DNA from: Candidatus Iainarchaeum sp.
GTDB lineage: Archaea; Iainarchaeota; Iainarchaeia; Iainarchaeales; JAFCCJ01
Length of the DNA stretch: 24,622 nt
Direction: 5' to 3'
Assembly: GCA_043816965.1 (NCBI GenBank)
Contig: JBDRHK010000050.1
Coordinates: 1-24,622, forward strand
The translations under genes were made by a program, and so were the position numbers. Below, in pieces: positions 17,960 through 24,622 of the stretch; position 1 is the stretch's first letter; each line of letters opens with the position of its first letter. The notes under the pieces are model-generated. The model was not told the origin of the DNA. It saw nothing but the letters and a program-made list of their open reading frames with translations, and searched no databases.

Positions 17960-18036
17960 CCAATCACATCTATATAGATATATAAAGTATAAAAAAGAAA
18001 ATATAAAAATAGGATAAAATGAAAAAAAGAAGAGAC

Positions 18037-18186
18037 TTATTTGGTCTCTGCCTTTTTAGTCCTGAAATTGGCAAAAGGCCTGTATTTGGTCTTTGTCCAT
18101 GCCTCTGGCTGCTTCTTCCTGAGTTTAAATTCCTCAGCAAGCAATTTTAGCCTGAGCTCTTCAGTAGGTTGCATAGTTAGTTCCAA
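18037..18186 (-). CDS. Unannotated small basic protein (49 aa; (M)ELTMQPTEELRLKLLAEEFKLRKKQPEAWTKTKYRPFANFRTKKAETK)
   Basis: GGTGA directly after the TRAM stop, then TTG (alternative ATG 18174); open to TAA 18037; followed by a T-rich tract. Confidence 0.6.
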   Translation of the reverse strand: MELTMQPTEELRLKLLAEEFKLRKKQPEAWTKTKYRPFANFRTKKAETK

Positions 18187-18195
18187 AAGAATCAC

Positions 18196-18636
18196 CTACT
18201 CCTTCTCTTCTTCCTCAGATTCGGCATCTTCCTCATCTGATTCCTCGGTTTCCTCTTCCTCTGCAGCAGGTTCGTCCTCTGAAGCCTCTTTGGAATCCTC
18301 AGATTTCTCTTCCTCTGCGTCTTCGGAGTCTGCCTCTGTTTCCTCAGATTCTTCCTCTTCAGAATCTTCCTCGTCTACGTCTTCAGCAGGTGATTCATCG
18401 TCTCCTGAACCTTCTCCAACAACCTCGCCGAAAGAAACCTTTCCCCTGACTGCGGTGATTTTTACCTGTACCTTGTCACCGGATTTTGTGCCAGGAACGA
18501 TAACAACGAAACCCTCAACTTTTGCGATTCCGTCGCCCTTCTCTCCGACGCCGATTATCTCCATTTCCCTGATTTCCCCTTCCTTAAGCGGGGGGTCCTT
18601 CTCGAACCTTTTTGTATTGTATTTACTAAAACTCAT
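18196..18636 (-). CDS. Single-TRAM-domain RNA-binding protein with long acidic tail
   Basis: PPLKEGE...GEKGDGIAKVEGFVVIVPG..GDKV.VKI TRAM signature; AAGGAGG upstream of ATG 18636. Confidence 0.9.
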   Translation of the reverse strand: MSFSKYNTKRFEKDPPLKEGEIREMEIIGVGEKGDGIAKVEGFVVIVPGTKSGDKVQVKITAVRGKVSFGEVVGEGSGDDESPAEDVDEEDSEEEESEETEADSEDAEEEKSEDSKEASEDEPAAEEEETEESDEEDAESEEEEKE

Positions 18637-18867
18637 TTGAATCCAATCCTCCTTGTTAGGCAACCAACGCAACCAATCCTATGCAGGCAAATCCAGGCTT
18701 AAAAAGCAGATTTAATGCTAGAACCAGTTATTTTAATTACCTTTATTTCATTATTTTATTTCCTCAAATTTGAGTGTTTATGTATTTATTGGCGGTTTAA
18801 GTCCTTTTAAAGCCTTCGGTCGCCGGTTTAAGACTAAATCCGGCAAAATATTAAATATTTGTTGGAA

Positions 18868-19155
18868 CTATTCCAAAACAGTCAGTTTGCCGTTTTTGCC
18901 TGTGCCTATCTGGATCTGGCCCTGGTATTCGCTGCACCAGCCTTCCTCAATCTTAATTTTATCGCCCTCTTTGACCTGCTCGGTCTGCTCATTCCAGAGA
19001 GTCATCTTTACCTCGCCAGTATCATCCTTTAAGGCGGCATTTGCCACTTTTCCGCTTCCCCTTTCATTTGCGAAGCTCCTTACCTCTCCAATAGAGACAA
19101 TTTCCCCCTCAATGGAGTCAATAGCTGCCTTGGCCTTTAATTCATTAACTTTCAT
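18868..19155 (-). CDS. ssb: Single-OB-fold single-stranded DNA-binding protein (SSB)
   Basis: KVANAALKDDTGEVKMTLWNEQ...GDKIKI...YQGQIQI matches the archaeal single-OB SSB pattern; SD AGGAGGT. Confidence 0.88.
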   Translation of the reverse strand: MKVNELKAKAAIDSIEGEIVSIGEVRSFANERGSGKVANAALKDDTGEVKMTLWNEQTEQVKEGDKIKIEEGWCSEYQGQIQIGTGKNGKLTVLE

Positions 19156-19192
19156 CGTTCTACCTCCTAAAAAAAGAACTTATTCATTTAGG

Positions 19193-19291
19193 TTAGAAAC
19201 GGTTAAAAAGGTTCTTTCTTCTCAGGGAGCTAAAGAGGTTCCTATTAACCGTTGTTCCGGGAATAAACCTGCAAATCCTTGAAGCAAACAT
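19193..19291 (-). CDS. Putative 32-aa small ORF upstream of ssb (MFASRICRFIPGTTVNRNLFSSLRRKNLFNRF)
   Basis: GGAGGTGG-aaaat-ATG; TTTAAAAA box at 19333-19326. Confidence 0.45.
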   Translation of the reverse strand: MFASRICRFIPGTTVNRNLFSSLRRKNLFNRF

Positions 19292-19378
19292 ATTTTCCAC
19301 CTCCGAAAAAGATGAGTTCAAGGCCTTTTTAAAGAACAAAGGAAGGGAGCTCGTTTCCGGTGCGGATTTACCTTAAGA

Positions 19379-19762
19379 TTATTTCCGGTGCGGCCTTAAA
19401 AAATAGAAAGCAGCTGCAAATATTGCCACTATTACCAAACCCATAAGGCCATATGTCAGAAAATCCGCCAAATCCTTTGGGATATAAAATCCGCACAAAT
19501 CCGCCTTGTAAGTTTCCCCAAAATATTTCTCAGGATCTCCTGTGTGTGTCCCCCTCATAACCTCAGTCACATCCTCCCCACAATCATGCTCAAAATGCCT
19601 GCTCCCATACCCCCCAACAGAATAAACCGAATTTTCATAAATATACAGGCAGGCTTCCCTTTCTGCTTCAACATCCTCCTTTGTCATGCATTCTGTTTCC
19701 TCAGCAAAAACAAAAGGCAAAAGGAAAACAAAAACCAAAACAACAAAAATTAATTTTTTCAT
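19379..19762 (-). CDS. Secreted, C-terminally anchored cytochrome b5-like protein
   Basis: Signal peptide MKKLIF...VFA; T.EDV...CLY.YE..VY...H....CG.DVT......H pattern; C-terminal TM plus basic tail. Confidence 0.65.
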   Translation of the reverse strand: MKKLIFVVLVFVFLLPFVFAEETECMTKEDVEAEREACLYIYENSVYSVGGYGSRHFEHDCGEDVTEVMRGTHTGDPEKYFGETYKADLCGFYIPKDLADFLTYGLMGLVIVAIFAAAFYFLRPHRK

Positions 19763-19814
19763 TCGCAAGAATAAGCACAAAACTAATATTTATGATTATG
19801 TAATTTTGACGAAT

Positions 19815-20939
19815 TTAGGAAATTACCCTATCCAAAATATACTCCGGCTTGAATTCCACCAAATCCTCATATCTTTGCCCTGTGCCGATAAACACAATAG
19901 GTTTTTTCAATTTATACAAAAGTGAAATCGCAGTCCCGCCCTTTGTGTCGGTGTCGATTTTGGTTAAAACAAATCCATCCAAACCCAAATGCTTATCAAA
20001 TTCAGTTGCCTGGTTTAACAATGCCTGCCCGGTAAATGCCTCCCCAACATATAATTTCAAATCAGGCTTTGCAACCCTCTCAATCTTCTTCAGCTCTTCC
20101 ATCAAATTCTTGTTCGTTTCCTGCCTGCCTGCAGAATCAATCAAAACAAAATCAATCTTTCTTGCTTCAGCAGCCTTCACCGCATCAAACGCAACTGCCG
20201 CAGGGTCTGCCCCATACTGGTGCTTCACAACCCTGACCCCCAATTTTTCAGCATGCACCTCAATCTGCTCAATAGATGCTGCACGAAAAGTGTCGGCAGC
20301 GGCAAGAATGCAGCTCATATTTCTTTCCTTAATTGCATGGACAATTTTAGCAATTGAAGTAGTCTTCCCCGCACCATTAGGGCCCAAAAACATAACAACA
20401 AATGGCTTCTTTTTCCCAGCCATCCCAAAAAAATCAATTTCTTCAGTGGAAATCATTGATGAAAGAACCTTTTTGATTTCCTCTTTCAGGAAAGCAGTTA
20501 TATCCTTTCCTCTTGGAACTTTCTTTCCAACCAACTGAGATTTCAATTCGGCAATCAATTCAACCGCTGTCTCCTGCTCGACATCGGCCTCCAAAAGCGA
20601 AAGCTCAAACTCATCCAAAAAATCAGATAAATCCTTTTCATCAATCTTAATTTCCCCGGATATAAAGCCCGTAATTCTGCTCTTAACAGAAACTTTCGCC
20701 TTCAGTTCCTTTCCTTCTTCCCCTCTAACTTCCTTCAATTTCTCCTCAGGAGCCCTTTCTTCTCCTGCGCTGGCCTCAACATATTCATCTTCAGGAATTG
20801 AAAGTTCCTCTTCTTTCTCCTCAACAGCTACTGCCGGCTCTTCCCTATTCTCAACAGATTCTTCTGGCTGCTTCTCTTCAAGTTTTCCGGTTAGTTTATC
20901 AGCAAAGGAGCCAATCTTTTTCTTCAGTAAGTCAAACAT
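19815..20939 (-). CDS. ftsY: SRP receptor FtsY
   Basis: Acidic A domain, GPNGAGKTT, DTFRAA, DSAGR, TKID. Confidence 0.97.
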   Translation of the reverse strand: MFDLLKKKIGSFADKLTGKLEEKQPEESVENREEPAVAVEEKEEELSIPEDEYVEASAGEERAPEEKLKEVRGEEGKELKAKVSVKSRITGFISGEIKIDEKDLSDFLDEFELSLLEADVEQETAVELIAELKSQLVGKKVPRGKDITAFLKEEIKKVLSSMISTEEIDFFGMAGKKKPFVVMFLGPNGAGKTTSIAKIVHAIKERNMSCILAAADTFRAASIEQIEVHAEKLGVRVVKHQYGADPAAVAFDAVKAAEARKIDFVLIDSAGRQETNKNLMEELKKIERVAKPDLKLYVGEAFTGQALLNQATEFDKHLGLDGFVLTKIDTDTKGGTAISLLYKLKKPIVFIGTGQRYEDLVEFKPEYILDRVIS

Positions 20940-20984
20940 TTACACCACTAAACAGCTAATGAATCAGGGGAAAAAAGGAAAAAT

Positions 20985-21413
20985 CTATTTATTGGCCGCA
21001 GAAATTCTATTAACTGCCTTTGAAATATTATCCAGATTCTTGTAAGTTTGCTGAATCTCCTTCTCAAGCAGGGAAATATTCTTCTCAATGCTGGCAAGCC
21101 TTTTTTCCATTTCTTTAATGGCATTTTCAGGGGTATAATCAAGCAACAAACTTCCAGGGAGGTTTAACTGAACCTTCTCCAGCTTATCAATAGTTACATC
21201 AATTAGCGCTCCCCCGCCAAGTGGAATTTTAACAGCCAGGCCCTTCTTGGCCTTTGAAAGAATTTTTAGGGCATCTATTGCACCCTTTGTTTCGTTAACA
21301 ACTCCCTGCATGGCATTAAACCTCTGGGTTAATTGTTCCATCTTCTGCTTCTCGCCCTCAAAAATCCCGGCCAATTGCTGGGGATTTATATGAACCTCTT
21401 TTGGACTTTCCAT
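20985..21413 (-). CDS. pfdA: Prefoldin alpha subunit
   Basis: Coiled coils flanking IPLGGG beta hairpins; conserved operon position. Confidence 0.88.
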   Translation of the reverse strand: MESPKEVHINPQQLAGIFEGEKQKMEQLTQRFNAMQGVVNETKGAIDALKILSKAKKGLAVKIPLGGGALIDVTIDKLEKVQLNLPGSLLLDYTPENAIKEMEKRLASIEKNISLLEKEIQQTYKNLDNISKAVNRISAANK

Positions 21414-21632
21414 TCATTTCCCCTCCAACAATTTTATCCCATTTATTTTAATGACCCTTCGCTTAAGTTTATGCTTTGAGCCCATCAGTGCAAATAAATT
21501 TTCCCTTGCAGTTCTCTCATTAAAGCCAAAAACCAGTTTTGTGAATTTCTTCTCCTTGCCCCTTTCCAAAAATGTCCCGCTGGCCTCAAATGTTTGCTGT
21601 GTCAGTTCCTTTTTTCCATCTTTCCTTGCCAT
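21414..21632 (-). CDS. rpl18a: 50S ribosomal protein L18Ae/LX (eL20)
   Basis: KFTK...ARE.LFA.MGSKHKLKR..I.I signature; operon position. Confidence 0.92.
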   Translation of the reverse strand: MARKDGKKELTQQTFEASGTFLERGKEKKFTKLVFGFNERTARENLFALMGSKHKLKRRVIKINGIKLLEGK

Positions 21633-21633
21633 A

Positions 21634-22290
21634 TCATTCCCCTCTCAATCCTTCATCAACCCTTATCAGCTCATGCCCCGAGGTATTGGCCCCGACAACA
21701 GCAGCGTTGCTGTTTGCGACAATATCATTGCCAACAAAAGGGTCACCGTAATTCAGGGTGGTTATGCTCCCATTAACTTTGAAAAACTTTTCCAGTTCTG
21801 AGAATTCATCCTTCCCAATATTTGGGTGCACAATAAAGCCTTTATTTGTTACTGTAAGCGCCGCCCCTGGCAAATCAAACCCTGCAACCTGTTTCTGCAA
21901 AAATTCAACCCCGAAAAAATCCTGCATTTTATCAACAACCTTTTTTCCAATAAGTGGGGAGGCTATCCCCCCATTCCTGTTCAGCGCAACAAGGTTCCCC
22001 AGGGCACTCGAATTCAATGCAATAACCTCAAGATTATTTTCCTCAAATTTTTTAATCTCTGTTTTCTCCGCAAAATATGGGAGGGCAAATTTATTTCCCA
22101 AGCCTGCAACAAACACCCCTATCAACGAACTGCTTGCCACAGAAACATTAATTATTTCCGTATCCAATATTTCGAAATTCTTCAGTTCCTTTGCCTCAAT
22201 CCTGTTTGGAAGCAGCAAAACATCATCAGTTGCAACGCAAAAAACTCCCAAAAATGGGCTTGCATTGACAGTTGATTTAACAATCTCCAT
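21634..22290 (-). CDS. eif6: Translation initiation factor 6 (aIF6)
   Basis: Pentein repeats (LGV, LIG, LGN, TNKGFIVHP, TLNYG..VG..ANSN, TSG.EL). Confidence 0.94.
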   Translation of the reverse strand: MEIVKSTVNASPFLGVFCVATDDVLLLPNRIEAKELKNFEILDTEIINVSVASSSLIGVFVAGLGNKFALPYFAEKTEIKKFEENNLEVIALNSSALGNLVALNRNGGIASPLIGKKVVDKMQDFFGVEFLQKQVAGFDLPGAALTVTNKGFIVHPNIGKDEFSELEKFFKVNGSITTLNYGDPFVGNDIVANSNAAVVGANTSGHELIRVDEGLRGE

Positions 22291-22298
22291 TATTTACC

Positions 22299-22742
22299 CT
22301 ACTTTCTCTTGATTGCGGCCTTTTCAGAGGCTCTTTCCCGTTCTTTCTTATCGGCCTTTTTCTTATCTTCCTCTTCCTTAACTGCCTTCTGGGCGTCAGT
22401 CATGGCTTCCTCTTTGCCTTTCTTCTCGTCCTTCTTTTTCTTCTTTTCTTTCTCCTTCTCAGCCTTTAACTTCTTGTCATTTGCCAGTTCCTTGCCACCT
22501 TTGGCATAAACCCTTAAAATGTCCCCATCCTTCCAGAAAACAACCTCAAGCTTCCTCGGGATGTGATGTGACTTTTCCAGAATAATTTCATTCAAATCAT
22601 TGCTAACCAAAACCTTGTCCATATGGGTGTGCTTTGCCGCAAATCTCCTTACGGCTTCCACAGCTTTTCTTGACCTTTTTGTTTTTGGCTGCAGGAAAAC
22701 TTTCCTCAGCGGAATCACATACTCTGCCTCTTCCCCTTTCAT
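22299..22742 (-). CDS. rpl31e: 50S ribosomal protein L31e with Lys/Glu-rich C-terminal extension
   Basis: YVIPLR...KRSRKAV...F..KH...LNE.I...PRKL; ATG 5 nt after GTGA. Confidence 0.9.
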   Translation of the reverse strand: MKGEEAEYVIPLRKVFLQPKTKRSRKAVEAVRRFAAKHTHMDKVLVSNDLNEIILEKSHHIPRKLEVVFWKDGDILRVYAKGGKELANDKKLKAEKEKEKKKKKDEKKGKEEAMTDAQKAVKEEEDKKKADKKERERASEKAAIKRK

Positions 22743-22747
22743 AAAAA

Positions 22748-23023
22748 TCACTTCCTGCCCTTGTCCCCTTTCTTAACCCATTTCTTATTTATCTTTCCGG
22801 ACTTGACAGGCTTCTTGTTCTTAATCTTGCCCTGCTCAGCCTGCTTCTTCTTGTATTTCATTCCTAAATCTGTGCTTCTCCAGTGCCTTTTTTGCCTTCT
22901 GTTCCAGATTCTTTTTCCGGCTTTCTGCATAATCCAGACAGGCACATTGGTCAGGCCTGCGCCAACCTCTTTCCTTGCCGCAATCAGGAATTCCTTCTTT
23001 TCCTCATCCTTGTTCCTTGCCAT
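22748..23023 (-). CDS. rpl39e: 50S ribosomal protein L39e with basic C-terminal extension
   Basis: MARNK...VPVWIMQK...RHWRSTDL; operon position; ATG 5 nt after GTGA. Confidence 0.88.
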   Translation of the reverse strand: MARNKDEEKKEFLIAARKEVGAGLTNVPVWIMQKAGKRIWNRRQKRHWRSTDLGMKYKKKQAEQGKIKNKKPVKSGKINKKWVKKGDKGRK

Positions 23024-23028
23024 AAAAA

Positions 23029-23349
23029 TCACTTTCTCTTGATATTGATTTCTTTTTTCGCGCTCATTTTTGAAAGCAAATCCTTTAACTCGGCATCACC
23101 CATCTTTCCCTGCAGCCTGTTTGCCTGCACAAAGTAAAGAAGGGCCTGCGATACCCTGAGATAAAGATCCTTGTTAACCAATTTCACATTGTTCAGCCTT
23201 GCCCTTGCCTCATCTGTCAGAACTTTCCTGAGAACAGCGCTAAGTTGGGATTCAGCCTCCAATTGCCTATGTTCTTCGGAATTTTGCTGGGCATATTGCT
23301 GTTTCAGTTCCTCCATTTTCCTTTTACGAATATCATCTTCTTCGCTCAT
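23029..23349 (-). CDS. PDCD5-like DNA-binding protein
   Basis: IRKRKMEEL, LT.EARARLNNVKL, KKEINIKRK; located between rps19e and rpl39e. Confidence 0.92.
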   Translation of the reverse strand: MSEEDDIRKRKMEELKQQYAQQNSEEHRQLEAESQLSAVLRKVLTDEARARLNNVKLVNKDLYLRVSQALLYFVQANRLQGKMGDAELKDLLSKMSAKKEINIKRK

Positions 23350-23924
23350 TTTGACTGTTCCTCTTTCTTGGGCATTTCCTTCTTTTTCCCGATGCCCTTT
23401 TCCTTGGCCTTTTTTCTGTCTTCCTGCCCCTTCAGGGCTTCCTTGACCTCTGTGGCGGCCTGGTCCTTAACCTCTTTCCTAAGGGCCAATTCCTTCACAA
23501 CAGGTCTCCTGTTCTTAATCTTAACCGCAACTTCCTTGGCAGTCTTGGAAAGGAATGATTCCCCCTTGGAGGAGATTCCCCTGCCTTTCTTTGCCCTCTT
23601 AATCAAACCCTCTTTTTCCAGTGCCTGCAGGCAGGCCCTTATAACTTTCCCTGAGGCCTTCTTGAACTTCTCAGGCCTTACGCCCCTATTCTTCTTTCCA
23701 CCGTAATAGGTTCTCAATGATTCAGTTCCAACAGGTCCGTCCTTGTAAACCCTGTAAAGGACGCTTGCCGCCCTTACATAAAACCAGTCAGGCCTTAATG
23801 GTGCCCTTTCCCTGTGTGCTCCGCTCTTTACCCATTTAACAAAATCAGGCTGCTTCAGCGTTGCCTTAAATTCCTCTGCAATGGCATCAATAAGCTCTGT
23901 TGCCGGCACATCGTAAATTCCCAA
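23346..23924 (-). CDS. rps19e: 30S ribosomal protein S19e with charged C-terminal extension
   Basis: VKSG.HRER.P...DWFYVRAAS, YGG, SGKVIR..LQALE; TTG start after GAGGTGA. Confidence 0.96.
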   Translation of the reverse strand: MGIYDVPATELIDAIAEEFKATLKQPDFVKWVKSGAHRERAPLRPDWFYVRAASVLYRVYKDGPVGTESLRTYYGGKKNRGVRPEKFKKASGKVIRACLQALEKEGLIKRAKKGRGISSKGESFLSKTAKEVAVKIKNRRPVVKELALRKEVKDQAATEVKEALKGQEDRKKAKEKGIGKKKEMPKKEEQSK

Positions 23925-24028
23925 TCAATCACCTCTCCTTTCGGAGTTTCTTTGTTCCAGCGCAATCGCGCGAACGCCAAAAAAAGCGTTTGTTGTACAA
24001 TAATTTCCCTTAATAAGCTTTAAAAAGG
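23925..24028 (-). promoter_or_regulatory. rps19e operon promoter and hairpin-containing leader
   Basis: TTTTTAAA box near 24019-24026; three short hairpins, the last CUCC-GAAA-GGAG adjoining the SD. Confidence 0.5.
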
Positions 24029-24033
24029 CTTCC

Positions 24034-24585
24034 TTAGCTTGCCTTGAGGATTAGGCCGTCAACTATGCAGTCCCCGCTGACAATAAGTGTATCGAAATTG
24101 GAATTAAAGGAACAATCAAAACTGTGCTTTTCATACGAGTCTGTTATGCTGGATGGGTTACCTGCGCTTGCAGTACAGCTGCCGTCCCCATCAGGATCGA
24201 TGTCGAATGTACATCCTGCACCTTTTGCCCAAATTGCCCCTTTAGCATCCTTGCCAGCAAAAATCGCCAGATGGGAACCTGCTCCTCCTTGGGATATGTT
24301 TCCCCCGGCCAAGTCCACAGCATAACCATTAAAGTAGGAATCCGTAATTGTTGAAACAGATCCGCCAAACTCGGTAAGCGGCCCTCCTGCAGGATCCTCA
24401 AAGCTTCCATCCTTGATTTTCGAGCCTGTGCTCAGCTGCTGCCAAAGGACATCCCTGAATGAGGTGTCTGTCCCCCCTATCCCGGATTCTGAAATTATGT
24501 AAAGCAGGGTGATAACCACTATCGCAACCAATAGGACCCCGCCAATAAGCAGCAGATATTCCAGAGAGCCTTGTGCCTTGTTCAT
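24034..24585 (-). CDS. Class III signal peptide (type IV pilin-like) protein
   Basis: MNKA|QGSLEYLLLIGGVLLVAIVV: Q+1, E+5, then a hydrophobic helix; beta-rich C-terminal domain with 4 Cys. Confidence 0.88.
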   Translation of the reverse strand: MNKAQGSLEYLLLIGGVLLVAIVVITLLYIISESGIGGTDTSFRDVLWQQLSTGSKIKDGSFEDPAGGPLTEFGGSVSTITDSYFNGYAVDLAGGNISQGGAGSHLAIFAGKDAKGAIWAKGAGCTFDIDPDGDGSCTASAGNPSSITDSYEKHSFDCSFNSNFDTLIVSGDCIVDGLILKAS

Positions 24586-24622
24586 GCTAATTAATAGAAT
24601 TCAGGAAGTATTTAATCCTTTG

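Noticed and set aside
19341..19395. Possible mini-CRISPR or SRP RNA fragment (GGAAGGGAGC plus repeated 12-mer)
   Set aside because: Only two short repeats 28 bp apart and no cas genes; the flanking pairing and length needed for 7S RNA are absent.
22740..23034. Identical 14-nt junction (AAGTGATTTTTATG) before rpl39e and rpl31e
   Set aside because: Explained by ordinary stop-codon/SD overlap for translational coupling.

Overview
Gene-dense archaeal chromosomal segment. Evidence for Archaea: archaeal TpiA, RadA, RPA, GGGP synthase, LrpA, the rps19e-PDCD5-rpl39e-rpl31e-eif6-rpl18a-pfdA-ftsY operon, SRP54, TATA-type promoters and GGTGA ribosome-binding sites. The gene style suggests a DPANN lineage, possibly Diapherotrites/Iainarchaeota (inference only). 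The left part holds a thiol-redox cluster (two DsbA-like, two glutaredoxin-like, malic enzyme, ferredoxin), lrpA and a base-excision repair operon (ogg-nth-grx-rsmB). The middle holds radA, rpa, GGGPS, rtcA, a bacterial-type ribD and a prepilin peptidase. The right holds translation and protein-targeting genes. No rRNA, tRNA, CRISPR array or transposase was seen. Most notable: (1) a 64-aa gene with its own apparent promoter, resembling bacterial ribosomal protein bS21, beside srp54; (2) an unannotated micro-ORF MGGCCGGPPK behind the strongest SD in the window; (3) an 11-bp motif CGCACCGGAAA just upstream of the putative TATA boxes of radA and of the small-ORF/ssb unit; (4) structured 5' leaders on radA and rps19e; (5) long charged C-terminal tails on eL39, eL31 and eS19; (6) a surface cytochrome b5-like protein. 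All family calls come from motif recognition by eye, not from database searches.
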